A stretch of DNA of 64,000 nt from Octopus sinensis (taxonomy: Eukaryota): contig NC_043000.1 in assembly GCF_006345805.1 (NCBI RefSeq), forward strand, positions 122,140,001 to 122,204,000. The letters are read 5' to 3'. Under the pieces are notes generated by a model. That model was not told where the DNA came from. It made no database searches and worked only from the letters and a program-made list of their open reading frames with translations. Of the stretch, positions 13,492-28,161 are shown in pieces; the stretch's first letter is position 1, and each line of letters starts with the position of its first letter. Position numbers and translations under genes: made by a program.

Positions 13492-16400
13492 CGGTTGATT
13501 GAAGAGACAATAAGAAACATATTTCTGCTTGTAGGAGTTTCGTTGTCTTCCCGTGCTTGTGTCGTTGGTGGTGTATTTTTAGTGGTTTCTCTCTATGCTA
13601 ATGTGTGTGCAAATGTGTGTTTGATTCAGTGCGTGTATTCGTGAGTGTGTCTGTCTAAATTCAAACCATGTATATTACTAAAATCATTTAAGAAACCTAA
13701 TGTCTGACTTTTAAATCATATGAATGTCTCATTGAAAGTTGTAGCAATTGATCTTTTACCTTTCCTTTGAATTGTTACGTAGTTATCTTAAACTCATTTG
13801 CAGCCTCTTAAGAGCATTTTAATTTTCTCATCTATCTCCATCAGATACGTATCCCATGTGATTCTTGATAATATCAACTTTAATGTTCATAGAAATCGGT
13901 CCACTATTAATTAACATATCAAGTTCTAAATATCTTATAATTTATTTTCTTTTTGATTATTTTTAAACGACTCGTTACCAGTGTGAAACCTTTCTGAAAA
14001 GAGACGGTACGACGTTTCGATTCTCATTTATAGACAAGCCCCAGCTCAAACTTCCATGATGCTCATTTGGAAAGTATTAGATCCACACAAGTTCTGTTAC
14101 TTATCTAACTTTTCCGATAGATGATATTACTACAGAATACTATAAAGCTTTGCATCTTATTCAATATTATGAATCACGCTTTCCGCTCTTTTGCAAAGGC
14201 GATATAGAACGTGTCCTACTCATCAATCTGTTACGATTACCATTTCAGTGGATGAAAATATATTACCTTACATACTTGGATACTTGAACGATTTCTTTTT
14301 TATCTATCCCGTGAATCGACTAATTCCAATCAATATTCTGAGAAATGCAGTACGTTATAAATTTCCAAATGATATATGTACAGTTCTAAAGGACTGACAT
14401 CCGAAATGGTTTCGACTTCGCAAATTAATATTTTTATTGCTCCTTTCGTTTGATTACTTTCTATAAGACTATATCACCACATTTCAACGGCTGATGTGAA
14501 TAATTTCCTGTATGTAACATTTCTTAGATGGTACCTTTAGAAAATTTAATAAATATTAGATTTCAGGAAAGTTTTATTAAAATCGTTCAGACATTTATTA
14601 ATATTTCCTAATGGTGGAGTAATTACGATATTCTATGTGACCATTCTTTAGAATAAAAGTTAATTTCTTATGAAAGAAGACACACGACGAAAATATTAAA
14701 TATTGAGTGATCATTTACAAACAACTCATGCATAGATATTATATTACCAAACTACGTAAAATGTATATAGTACTAATTTGATATTGCATCTGATAGTGAT
14801 ATACTATGACGAAAATAATTAGTGTAACTTAATTATTACTTCAAGAAATTTATGTGCAATTCCAGTAAAGATATGCTGTTTTTAATGTTAAAGAATGTTG
14901 TTATTTAACATCAAATGGAGGATGTCTTTAGCGTTTAATATTAAATACAGCATACCTTTCAACACCATTAAATTGCACATATATTAAATGTGTACGGTAG
15001 TGTTGTTCAGGAGGCAGTATTTTAGATTTTTTTTATTCATGATTTTCAACCTTTTCTTTACCAAATTCACACTTTCGTACGTATGTATTTATGTAATACA
15101 TTTTTCCTCCAGCTATTCCTGTCAGAAATTAGGATCTATATGTTATTCAACGTGAATTCATTATAGAATCGATTGTTATATGTGTTAAAAGTTACATACG
15201 AATATCCACGTACACATAAAGACAAAATAATTAAGGAAAAAAGCGGCAGTTAATATATTTTTCTACGTACAAATTTACTTGATAGTTTGGTGTATAATTT
15301 GGTATGCTACTTAGAGTCACTGACTAGATCTGAAGTGAAGTTTCGTTGGGAAATTATTATGACTGCTTGCTTTAACATATTTATATATTTTATAAGCGTT
15401 TATACTTTTCGTTGATACTGGAACTTCAATGTCCACATATAAGTTATTCAAATATCATTGGTTGAATAAACCGCCAGGAGAAACTGTAAATCTAAGCAAA
15501 TGACATTTATGCTTGGCTCTTCTATCACTGTTGAGATTCTCACGAGTGAATGGTATGCTGTTCTTCTTAAACATACGTTAAAACTTAAATTAGTATTCAA
15601 CTATTTATGCATTAAATCTGTCTTCCTTTTCTTTTTTTTTTTGTTAAAATAATAAAATAAAAATTTGAATATACCACAGATGAAACTTTCAGTTCCCGTT
15701 TGCTTTGTAGTATATATACATGTAAATCGATCATCGACGTTGTATTAATTTCAAAATAAGCAAAAAATATATCATTGAAGTACAAGGAATAGTTGATCTC
15801 TTAATGTATAGCAGATGAGATAAATTATTTTCGTAGCAATAAATTACCAAAAAACGACAGTTCTATGCTGTTTATTCAAGTTGGTTGTACGAAGTCACTG
15901 TAAGTTATGTAACCACGCAATGAAGGATATTCTAACATTTTACTCGAAACTTCATAGAACGCATCAATTTTGTCATTTAGAAATATCATCGACAGAATAT
16001 CAGCTAATTATGGAGCAGTAACTAATTAAAATCCTTAATTAATTGAACATCATTGTCATTAACAATATTCAATTATGATGACCAATATTTCTTTGGTAAC
16101 TTTATTGAAAATGAATGCAAAATTTTTAAAAAATCATTATTTGAGATGAAAACAAACAAAAAATATAACTCACTGTTCTGTTATTTAATTACGTCTCATT
16201 TGTATTTCCTTTCTTCTTTTGTTTGTTTGTTTTTTTGTTTTTTTTCGTTTGTTATTTCGTGTCATATCAGTTCTAAACTGTTTATCGATTTTATTTGCAA
16301 CGATCGAAAATTCTAATCCTTCTAAGAAAGTTTCACAAATGGAGACGAGGAATGATTCCACTGAATGTTCCATTGATTAAACATTTCTGTGATCTTCCAA

Positions 16401-18737
16401 TAATATACCATTAGTATTAAGACGATATCTCTAAAAAGTGAGCAAAATAAAAATATATACACATATAAATATGTCAACAACCACAACAACCTCAATAACA
16501 AATATCGTGATAAAATCAACGATAAAACCAACTTAATTTAATCCATCTACGCTTGAAATATCTTCAGAAATATTACAAGAAAATCGCATATAATGTTTCT
16601 GAATCCAAACAAATTTCTACAGTTTTCTTTTTAAATTCATACTTCGAAATTCTTTATATTCATTTATATATTTTCTTTATGTTTGAATAAGGAACATTCA
16701 CTGACGTCACCACAACTGCTACGATAGTGTTAATCGTTATTAGTTTCCTAATTATGTTACTTAATGGGTGCTTATATTTGTGGAACTGACGTTGACCGTT
16801 CTATGTCACAGATTCGCATACATCACGACCCCAAGTGTAGCCATCTTCTACTTTGCTGACAATTTAATTACCATGTGGTAGCTTAGTCGTTGTGTACGTG
16901 GAAAATTAATTTTATAAAAGGCTATAGAGTCGTGTGCTCTCATACAGTTTTGATATAAAATACTGCAGCCTTAAAAAAATAATTTGAAACAATTAGAATA
17001 CCAAGAAGAGGTTCTGAAGCACCAAAACGTCCCCACGATGTATAATATGGTACAGTTCTATGGTTAGTGCGGTAGGGTAACTGCAATATTCCGGAGAATC
17101 CTATTTTACGAAGCTACTGTAGTTTTCGTTTGATTCCTATACACTTCACCGAGGATATGCTAGTCTTAGATAAGGGCATTCACGTATCACACTTACATAA
17201 TCTCAAATATATTTGCCAAGTTTCATATAAGAAAAATTTCTTTTCAATTACTTAGTAGTAGTAAGTATCTAAGTACATATGAAATTTGTTAGTGGTGTTT
17301 GAATGATTACTGTATTTGTTCAGACACTTTACATTCTTAGTTCGAATTGCGGAGAGATCAGCCCTGTTTTGCATCCAGCTGATGTAATAAAATAAAGAAC
17401 AATTCCAGCAACAGACGCTCCCTGGTCAACCGTTCCCTTTCACCAAACTTGTCCTTGTAATTACGCATAATTCCATAACCTGAAAAGCTAATTACAATTG
17501 TTAAACGCTCTCAGTTAAACAAAGTAAAAGGCTCTTCTTTCAAATATCAATGGTCTTATCAATTACAATGGTTTCACTGTTCACCTTGTACATCTCAGCA
17601 GTATAACGCATATATTTTGCAAATATATTCATTAGCATTAGAGCTGAAAATACTTCCAAAATATTTTGATTAGTATTCTTAGCTGAGACTCCGTACACAC
17701 ATACACACACTTGTGTGCGTGTGCGTTGTGTGTGTGTGTGTGTGTGCATATATGTATGTATGCGCGCGTGTGTTTTCTGTAAGTGTGTTTGTGTGTGGGT
17801 ATGTGCGTGTTTGTGTATGTGTGTTTATGTGTGTGTGTGTCTAAATGCATGCGCGAAAAAAATAATGTGCTCGTATAAAGAGAAACGTAGCCAAGCAAAA
17901 TAACAGGCGTAACCGCGTAGTTAAGAATTTCTTCTTGTAATCATAATTTACAAGGTTCGATCCGCCAAATTTTCATCTAAATATTCCTATGTCAATCTCT
18001 AAACAGCCCATGCAGTCTTTCTGTGAAATTTGGTAAATGCAGATCCTTTCGAATGTAGTCCATCAGAATAAGAGTCCATGTAGTTCAAATGTACGCCTTT
18101 ATCTCAGACAACGCGGAGGCAATTCTGCCTGATTATTAAGTTACTCAACTGCTCACATGCTATATAATTTAGTAAGCTTTTTTATTCGGTAGAAGAAACC
18201 AACGGATTCCCATTAACATATCTGTACTTTAAATTTCAATTGCATTTATGGATGAATATCGTGCCTGAATATAGGAATATAATCAAATATCATATATAAC
18301 GTTATTACAAATATATTTCCATATCTTTCCTAATGAAACAAATGTATATCGATTAAAAATTTGCAATTTATTCTTTAGTATTGATATTTGCTAACAATGT
18401 ATTCATATTTTCAAACAAAATTACAGAGATAAAATACCATTGAAATAATTACTCATTATAACTTCGCATCTGATTGACCATTTTATTATGGAGAATTATA
18501 ATTTGTTACTTCGTTATGACCAAATTAGAAATACACGCATTAAAGACAATAGTAAAATATATTCAAAATATATTTACTTTTAAAATTGTGCTGTTCTAAA
18601 TATATGCCTGTCGACACTTAAAAGGGAGACGCACATGTTTACAAATAACTATAAAACTCGCATGTATATGACACAAATTGACAACTATGAATATATAATC
18701 ACGCACATATACACACACACACGAACACACGCACTCT

Positions 18738-18774
<37 letters not shown>

Positions 18775-18845
18775 CCACATATAGCCATACATACACTCAC
18801 ACCGATGAACGTATATGAATGTCAATGTGAATATATAAACGTGCA

Positions 18846-19172
18846 CGTAGGAGTGGATGTGTGGTAAGTAGCTTGCTTACCGGCCACATAGTTCCAGATC
18901 TAGTCGCACTGCGTGACACTTTGGGCAGGTGTCTTCTACTATAGCCTCGGGCCGACCAAAGCCTTGTGAGTCGATTTGCGTGTGTGTGTGTGTGTATGTT
19001 TGTTTGTCCCCCGCCATCGCTTGACAACCGATGCTGGTCTGTTTACGACCTCGTAACTTAGTGAGAGAATAAGTACTAGGCTTACAAAAGATAAGTCCTG
19101 AGGTCGATATGTTCGACTAAAGGCGGTGCTCCTGCATGACCGCAGTCAAATACTTGAAACAAATAACAGAAT
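18846..19172 (+). mobile_element. Composite tRNA-derived SINE (internally deleted)
   Basis: Head gtaggagtggatgtgtggtaagtagcttgc, internal (TG)n, tail ggcggtgctcctgcatgaccgcagtcaaatacttgaaac. Confidence 0.9.
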
Positions 19173-20340
19173 GTATATATACACATATATTGCTTACGAT
19201 GGATAACATTGTCGTAAATTCTAATCCTATAAGTTAAATATAATTAACTGATCCCTTTCCAAAACGTGGAGACCTCTTTAAAAGAAAAATATTGGATAAA
19301 TATTTGGCACTAAAAAGCAGAATTATCTGCACAAACAAATTCAGAGCAGATAATATCACTGATACTTACAAGATGAATTGAAAAATGTCCATAAGGCAAG
19401 CCATCACATGCTTTATCATCATGTTGCTATAACTGTAAAGTGTAGCTAAGTGGAAAGGTCTGTTGAAAATGGGATATCGAGCAATATTCCTATATTTGAT
19501 ATTAAGGCATTTAGTACAGAATCTGTTGTTCCTGGACTCTATAAACATTCTTCTCAAAGAAATACCTTACTTCAACATCTATATAAATCAGACATTATAT
19601 GACTAAGTAGGCAATCACCGCTTGCAATCAGATAAAACATAAGGCAGAGGATTATAGGAATGACTATCAAACTATTACGACGTCACACAATCATACGCAC
19701 ATACAACCCGTATGTCACATATTTGTTCTTCCACACAATGGCATTATCCACATGCTAATCAACACATGACAAACACACCATTGCTTATATCAACAAATAT
19801 CTCGTAAACATCCTCGACATTGGAGATAATAAATGCATTATTATTCCACAGATACATATAGAAAATAACAAAACCATTACATTATGTTTTTACTCATAAA
19901 AAATACTCAACTAAAAGATGCTAGAAATTGCTGTCTCAGAATCATTGTTAATCATAAATGGCAACTTTACACATGAAACATTAGCAAGTTCAAAGCGACC
20001 ATAAGACCTCTGGCAATCAGATATTTCTTACACGATAACTTGCTTATCATCTGAAATATTCGTGGGTCGCTGAAAATGAAATACTGCTGATACACAAAAA
20101 AAAACCTGTTCCATACTTCATACAAGCAACTTAGTCGTCTATGTAAAATAAACATTTTTCCCGACATAATACATCTTCTAATGAATACCACGAAATTGAA
20201 CAGTTCTCAAATCAAGTACATTGCAACAGAAATACATCTGTTTCCTTTCACTTCATACTAATTACGAATCCATTATGAAGTTGTTATAATTACACGTACC
20301 TCACAGTATTGAATGTGCCGTGTGATTATTTTACATATTC

Positions 20341-20750
20341 TTTTCTACACTAGGCACAAGGCCCAAAATTTCAGGGGAGGGGCCAGTCGATTAGATTGAC
20401 TCGAGTACGCAACTGGTACTGAACGGATGAAAGGCAAAGTCGACCTCGGCGCAAATTGTACTCAGAACGTAAAATCACAAAATACCGCTAAGCTTTTCGC
20501 CCTGTGTGCTAACGTTTCTTATTTCTTTATTGCCCACAAGGGGCTAAACATAGAGAGACAAACAAGGATAGACAAAGGGATTAAGTCGATTATTTTGACT
20601 CAAGTGCATAAATGGTACATAATTTATCGACCCCGAATGGATGAAAGGCAAAGTCGACCTCGGCGGAATTTGAACTCAGAACGTAACGGCAGACGAAATA
20701 CCGCAAAGCATTTCACCCGGCGTGCTAAAGGTTCTGCCAGCTCGCCGTCT
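20341..20750 (-). mobile_element. Head-to-tail dimer of a second tRNA-derived SINE family (two subfamilies)
   Basis: Two copies of ggatgaaaggcaaagtcgacctcggcg..gaactcagaacgtaa..aataccgc..aagc. Confidence 0.9.
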
Positions 20751-21642
20751 TGATTGTTTTATACATTGTTTTTGAACACGATCAAATAGGATAGTAAACG
20801 CACAAAACCCACTCACAAAGCAGTATAATAAAATCTAATTCCTCCGTCATTCACTGTTCACCATGGATTACAACCCGGAAGTTCCTCTGTATGAATCCAA
20901 TAATACGTTATCTGATCGATCTGATACCACACTATCTGATCCATTCAGTCTATCCAACACCACATCATATCTTTTATTCTTATTCCTTTACTACGGTATA
21001 TTTCGATTTCAAGGATATTTAGCTATATTTTCAAGGACGTTGAATAACCAATGTGCGATAAGCTTACTTGTATGTTTCCATGATTTACGTATACTTATTA
21101 GCAAAACACTCCCACGAAATAATAAAATGTAATTTGTTTCCGAATATCATCATAATCATTATTTGTGTGTGTGTTTATGTATGTATGTGTGTGTGTGTGT
21201 GAGTGGAAAGGTTGTTTTCCTCTTTGATATTTCTTATTGTCAACAGAAAACAGTGACTATCTACTATATACTTGGGTAATTTAAGCTGAGCCTTAGTAAC
21301 TTATTTAATTTGCTAAAAATGGAACTGAAACGAACCATAGACCGAATTACCCAAAAGGGCAAATATTTTGTAATTCACATTCACGAGATTCTTTAACCAC
21401 TCCACTTTCCATAACTAGACCCTTCTGTGAAAGATTTTATGGAAATACATTTCGCTTTGTGGGGTTTTGTTTGATTTATGCTTTTGTAAATGCTTTCCTT
21501 CTCATTCAATACATTTGTAATCCCTTTTATCGTATCGAGAAACAATTTTAACATGTACAACATGCTAAATATTTTTCTTAGTTGTAATAGTTGTTATTAT
21601 AGTCACGGGTTTCAATTCTCTTAAAGTAACTTTAATTCTATC

Positions 21643-22036
21643 CTAGCAGCATCGCCCGGCGTTGCTCGGGTTTGTTTCGACCCTTTGGAATTGGAACTTT
21701 TGAAAAGTAAAACGTTTGCATTATTTAGCTTGATATTCTCTTTAAGGGAACATTTTTCTGGTGGAAATGCACCGAAAAATGGCGACACAGCAGTCAAAAA
21801 TTGTAAAAAAAAGAGGGATTTTCATAGCAAAAAAAGTATCTTTCTGATGTAAATTATTTTTGGCATTAACATGGTCCGATTTGAATTTTATCTAGTAAGG
21901 AATGAAGAACAAGCATTCTTCTATCAGACTCTCAATTTTGGTCAACTTGCGCCGCAGGGACTGGGAGGAGATAGTGTTAGTTGAAGGCTACCAAACCTGC
22001 CATACACAGACAAGTTCAGCTTTATATATAGAGAGA
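21643..22036 (-). mobile_element. Non-autonomous Helitron (~394 bp)
   Basis: On the minus strand: 5' A|TCTCTCTATATATAAAGCTGAA start; 3' GC-rich hairpin (cccgagcaacgccggg, 21655-21670) 8 nt before a terminal CTAG (21643-21646); no TSD. The 3' flank is G rather than the canonical T. Confidence 0.8.
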
Positions 22037-23019
22037 TAATTCTTTTTGACATTCTCTCTGTACAGCTTTGTCTCATCGTTTATCCTCGTACTCGGTCGTA
22101 TTCAAATGTTACGTGATACAGAATTTGTCTTTATCGCAATTTATGCATTGTATTATTTACTCGGTTTCATCAGATAACGTGATGTACGTACATGAGTAAT
22201 CTATTATTTAAAGCATTGCTCTTTTTCTTTTTCAGCGACACAATGTATATTCTGAAGACAAACAAGATTATCTGCGAGGCAAATAATGTCACGTAAAATA
22301 TTTCTAGAAGTGTCAACGAGGTTTTAGAACAAGAAGCAAGTGAAGAATTGCTACAGAATTCTCTTGAAAAAATATTTTGAGGTGGTCCTTCAGCTAATAA
22401 CGTATTTGAATGCGACATATTGACATTTCCCTCGGGTTTTATGTTACCTACGTATTCAGATTTTCTAAGATGAGTCCATAGAGGCCATTAGTTTGAAAAC
22501 CAAGTCACAAAGTTTTGTTAAAGACCGCTGCATATGAAGTGGCCTTAAAGAGTAAGAAGAAATAACTAGCCCATAGTAAACTTGACCGAAGTTAACGTTT
22601 ATAGAGAGAAATGTTTTAAAGAAATTTTTCGTAATTTTTGAAGTTGTGTGGGCTTGGCAAATGACAGTTAAATTGAAAGCAGTTACATTGTGGAAAATTC
22701 CATTGAAACCGTTTATGAACTCAGAATGCTGTTATATTCTTTCTCATTTTATATATATGTCCAAATGTTCGCCATGCCTCTGCGACCTATTTACTAACAA
22801 GGGTCCCAGTTATTTTATTTGAAATATCCTTGCAAATATTACATTGTGTACATTTCAGAAGAGATGAAATTTTGAAGGATGAAAGACATCAAAATACTTT
22901 ATAACTACGGTCTTTATAACCCAGTTAGCTATTGAGGCCAACCACACACTAAATCCAGATGTTTTAATTAGATTCGTTTTAAGATTATTTTTTTTTTAAT
23001 ATTTAGTGTATATTTGTGT

Positions 23020-23158
23020 TCTGAGATCAAATTCCACCGAGGTTGACATTGCCTTTCATACTTTCGTGCTAAATAAGTAACATTCGAGCATTGGGATCGA
23101 TGTAAGTGACTTACTCGTCCCACAAGATAGCTGGCCTTGTGCCAACATTTGAAACCAG
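23020..23158 (+). mobile_element. Degenerate fragment of the second SINE family
   Basis: ttctgagatcaaattccaccgaggttgacattgcctttcatac..ggccttgtgccaacatttgaaacc. Confidence 0.7.
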
Positions 23159-24060
23159 TATTTAGTATATATGAATATGGGTACCTGTGTTTCTATTTAT
23201 TTATATACCCGCTCCCGTTTGTCCATTCACACACTTATGATTCCTGTAAGAACATTCTGCCAGCTTGTTTACTGTGCATGAGTAGAGAATTTTATATGGA
23301 TTGTTATTGAGATATGTTTTATCATAGGATTTTGTCTGTCTTTTATGAATGGAGTGTATTTTAATTCGTCAATACCAGATATATTCCAGTTCTTATTGAG
23401 TCCTAATGACTTTGTAATATTCTTTCCCTTGATATATGTACCTAGATGTTTCTCTCTCTATGATCGTTGTAAATTTATGTCAAATTTGTTCTATTATCCT
23501 TCTCTACAGTTTCAACCTCTCTCCCAAAAGGAGGATTAATTTATTTTCACCTGAAAGCTGTAGAGGTATTTTCTCTTTGAATTATATACCACCTTGCTAA
23601 ATTTTGTTTATTAAGTCTTATACAAATATGTTTGACTTCCACAAGTGCGTATTGTGTATATTAAATGAGTTTTGATATTGTATATTGGCCTTTAATATAT
23701 CGCTTACTTGTAATTTTAGCTGTCTGATGGGAAGACTGGATTGTGATGAAATATTCGTTATGAATTTTATTGTTTATCCACAGCGCTGTATTTTACCAGG
23801 AAACTTACGGTCGATGATTTTCCAGCGGGGATTATCCTGTCTTTTATCTTTATATAGGTCCACATTGCTTCCTTATACAACTCAGAATGGATTAGTATTA
23901 TTCGAATAAATGTTGCTTCTATGTCTAATAGATTGTGAAACCACACTAAGGTTTCCTTCACGAGTCGTTATGAATACTGTTGAAGTTCTATCTGCATTCT
24001 TTAACAACTATTACTCTTACTTCGTAACTGTATTTCTTGTAGCGATTGCTGCCCGTATTG

Positions 24061-24128
24061 TTGTTGCTGTTGTTGATGATGATGATGACCACGACGACGA
24101 CGACGATGATGACCACGACGACAACGAC

Positions 24129-24160
<32 letters not shown>

Positions 24161-24365
24161 CGATGACGATGACGATGATGATGATGGTGATGATAATGAT
24201 GATGATGATGATGACGATGATGATGATGATGATGATGACCACGACGATAATGATGATGATGATGACGATGATGATGATGACGATGACGATGACGATGATG
24301 ATGATGATGACCATGACGATGGTGGTGATGATGATGATGATGATGATGATATTGCTGCTGTTGTT
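24061..24365. repeat. (GAT)n/(GAC)n trinucleotide repeat
   Basis: Direct reading; source of the poly-D, poly-M and poly-I ORFs. Confidence 0.95.
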
Positions 24366-25685
24366 TTTGTTTAGTGCGTTAACGATGAAAATACAGAAAT
24401 ATGGCACGTAGAGAATATGTCGAATTTTATCACACAGATTCAACACTGAAGATGTAACTGACCGTCAGCTGGTTCAGAAATAAATGGCAGAATCCTGCTC
24501 GAATTATTTATTGTAGAGAATGCAATGTGGTAATGTCATAATTGTGACAAACTTTTGTTCGTTCATTTTCTATTTTACGATTCGTTATGGTCTTTTAAAT
24601 TAAGAAACACAATATAAAGTCGGAATGCGACCAAGGTTGCTAAATTCTTCTGCATCACTGCCTCAGTCACGGGCGGTGTGCCTTCCAACAAAGAAACTTG
24701 AATAAATAAGTTACTTGAGTGGGTATCTGTGTGAGAGAGGTGTATGCGTGATTATGTGCTTGTCCGTTTCAAATATGCAATTGATTGATGAGTTTGTATA
24801 CTTAGCTTTGTTTACGAGAGAGTGAAGAGTGGTGCACTTACAATTCGGTATATATTTGTATATGCATGCATTGGTGTACTCTTGTATTACTATAGAGAGG
24901 CATATGACCAACTGTTTTAAGTTCTTCTTCATATGATCACAAGTTTAATGGTTCGGTTCCTAATTCACTATCTTCTTGTCTACTATATTGAGATTAAATA
25001 AAATCAGAAGTAATGCAGCCGTCTCTTCCCATAGAAATTTTGTCTTTGTGATTCCATGCGCTTCAAGATGAGGGAAATGAGCCAATTGCTTTTTTTCTTC
25101 TTCCCAAAAACACGGGACCGGCGGCTTATATTTCTTTATATTTTGCTACAAAAGCTAGTACTTAGAGTGGTATCTCAATTATTGAAAACGAAAATATGCA
25201 CGCACTTGCTTACATGTGTATATGTGAAGGTTTGTGTGTAAGGTTTGGGTGCTTATTTGCCTCCAGTAGTAAGCTGAGCCGACCCCACAATAGGCTGAAT
25301 TGACTTTCGACCATATCAAATCGTGAGCCTACAAACCGACCTACCTAATTAACTCGTTCCGTGTCCGATACACTCTATAAACAAAATATGTGAAATATTC
25401 TCTAGTATTCGCTTCATCGGGTATTATTAAAAATACAATATTCTCTGTGACCAGTATAGCCTTCGCTTATAAGAAATGTGATATGAAAGTATTCAGCTGG
25501 GAAAAATGTAAGAAAATGTGCTGTCGTCTTACATTCACCAGAATAACATCGTTTTTCGAAGCAATAAATAACATGGAAAGTGCTATGGGTACCAACTTTG
25601 TTGGAACAAAATACTAAAAAATTCAGAATTTAAGTCGAAATAAATCTAACCAATGTATAAATCATTGAAGTGTAAAACTAATAAT

Positions 25686-25849
25686 TGTGTGGTAAGCAGA
25701 TTGATTACCAACCACAAGGTTCTGAGTTCAGTCCCACTGCTTTGCATTTTGGGAAAGTGTCTTCTACTATACCCTCGGGCCGACCAAAGCCTTTTGAGTG
25801 GATTTGGTAGACGGAAACTGAAAGAAGCCCATCGTATATATGTATATAT

Positions 25850-25902
<53 letters not shown>

Positions 25903-26151
25903 ATGTATGTGTGTGTGTGTGTGTGTGTGCGTGTGTGTGTTTGTGTGTCTGTGTTTGTCCTCCAACATCGCTTGACAACCGATGCTGGTGTGTTTACGTC
26001 CCCCGTAACTTAGCAGTTCGGCAAAAGAGATCGATAGAATAATTTCTAGGCTTACAAAGAAAAGGTCCTGGGGTCGATTCGCGCCACTAAAATGCGGTGC
26101 TCCAGCATGATCCGCAGTCAAATGACTGAAACAATTAAAAGAGTAAAAGAG
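25686..26151 (+). mobile_element. Composite tRNA-derived SINE, full length with internal (TA)n(TG)n
   Basis: Head ..gggccgaccaaagcc..ggatttggtagacggaaactgaaagaagccc, microsatellite, 3' half ..catcgcttgacaaccgatgctggtgtg..gcagtcaaatgactgaaac. Confidence 0.93.
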
Positions 26152-26629
26152 TATACAGTTATTTGGGGCTCAGCTTTATTTATATGTGTATGTGTGAAAA
26201 CGTGTACGAATAAGTAAACAGTCATTAATCAGTTTGTACTCATTCAAATCTTCATCATTAGTAAAGATTTTGTCCTATGAAATATCGTTACCGATCATCG
26301 AAGATATTAGTCCTGGTAATTAAAGTCTATGGCAATACAGAACATGTGACATTAGATTACTAATGAGCCCTATAACGTGCTTGATGTATCATGGTTATTC
26401 CTTCTGGTGACAAAAAAGAAAAATATGAAGTCCCGCTGTGCACTAGACGCTATGGTTGGGTGAATTTCGAAGATGATATATGAAAGCTGAAGATCTCTGT
26501 TTAATAAGCGGTTCTGGATGTCAATACAGATATGATGGCTTGAGAAGTACACACAAATTATGAATGATCACCCCGCGGATAGAAAAAGAAAATACGCCAT
26601 ACTTATAAGAAACCTATTACTACCCAGCT

Positions 26630-27540
26630 AGTGATATCTAATATCCATGATATTGTAATACAGCTGAATACAAGTAATCACTACTACTATCAGAACTTTA
26701 GCGAAGTCATTGCACAAAAATGTGTATATCCCCATAAGAAATCTAATCTTCCTCTTCTGCTAATTAGAGGTTTGGCAGCAGATATAAGCAAGATAATCTA
26801 CAAATTACATTCTATTAAAGTGACGTTCCATACTCACCTACAAGAAGTTAGCACGGATCATCCACTTTCATCTCACATTCCGGAAGAGTCAAAAAGCAGA
26901 AAGCAATCTGGTTCAATGCCCCTAATAACATATAAATACCGCATGGAAATTCGTACTTCATGTAATGTACCACTTTCCGATTATAGAAAAATATTATAAG
27001 CTCTTCAACGTGTATAACATTAAGGTTAATTAGTTGCAGCTAAAAAAGACAAAATATCGCTTCCAGCATCATACACAAAACAGAAAGTAAATGTTTGCCG
27101 TCATCCTAGACTTGCTGCCCTAGTGAGAGCACCATGCTTCTCTAAGGCTGCCGTAAGTAGAAGGGATGTGAGCTGGAAACACTCAATGGAAATAACTGAT
27201 CAGAAGATACAATGAATATTTGAAAAATCAATGGAAATAACTGATCAGAAGGTACAATGAATATTTGAAAAATCAATAGAAATAACTGATCAGAAGGTAC
27301 AATGAATATTTGAAATCCTCCAAGTATGTGGAAAGAATAAACTTCACTTCGCTGCCTTGTTGTATCTCAAGACATAGAAACACATTTAAAAGATATAGAC
27401 AGAACTTCCCATACTTAAATAGATTGCATCATTGTAAATTTTGTCGCTTGAGAAACAGAAACGTGTAAAGCTGTTCAGGACACATCTCAACAAGATATTT
27501 AATGTGTAATTCACGTTCCGTATCAGACGAGCATTTATCA
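26630..27540 (+). pseudogene. Decayed Penelope-like element (RT thumb end, linker, GIY-YIG)
   Basis: Broken frames: VYPHKKSNLPLLLIR (~YIHxxSNHPP), IWFNAP (~IIWFNPP), NIASSIIHK, NVCRHPRL..PCFSKAAV (Cys-linker relic), ISRHRNTFK, HCKFC, HLNK. Confidence 0.7.
27183..27315 (+). repeat. 45-bp tandem repeat x3
   Basis: Unit tcaatggaaataactgatcagaagRtacaatgaatatttgaaaaa starting at 27183, 27228 and 27273. Confidence 0.95.
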
Positions 27541-28027
27541 TGCGTTATTTTTAAACAACCGGCTCGAAAAATGATGAAAGAGAAAATCGTTGAGTTGTAT
27601 TGCTAAGAAAAGTTGATCGCAGACAACCAGTTTCTACATATTTATTGCGCTGGATCCATTTTATATTCTAGTAACGCTCTATTATTTATCACAATAGAAT
27701 CGTATATGAATATTAATTGCATAACTCGTCTCAACCTATGAAAAGTTAGCGTATCGAGATCCGATTAAGCAAGTGTACTCTCTTTCATTGGCTTATGAAT
27801 AGTAGAGGCTTCAATCAGCAGATGTTCATCTACAAGCTTTTATCAATGCTCTTTCTGTTACAAGTAGGCGCGTGTGTCAATATATATATATATATATGAA
27901 GGCACGCGCACACACTCGCACACAAACACACATACCTACCTGGCTACCTACCTATCTATATGCATATATACATATATATGTTTGAAAATGCATATGCATA
28001 TACTTATGCATACATGTCTATACGTAT

Positions 28028-28092
<65 letters not shown>

Positions 28093-28117
28093 GGGAGAGA
28101 AAGAGAGAGAGAGAGAA

Positions 28118-28161
<44 letters not shown>

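Noticed and set aside
19700-20000. Possible APE endonuclease relic (LLIINGNF ~ ILGDFN)
   Set aside because: Single weak motif
23910-24446. Long poly-Asp, poly-Met and poly-Ile ORFs
   Set aside because: Produced by a (GAT/GAC)n repeat that is open in several frames; no splice or flanking coding support
27183-27315. Regular repeat resembling a CRISPR array
   Set aside because: Contiguous tandem units with no unique spacers; eukaryotic context
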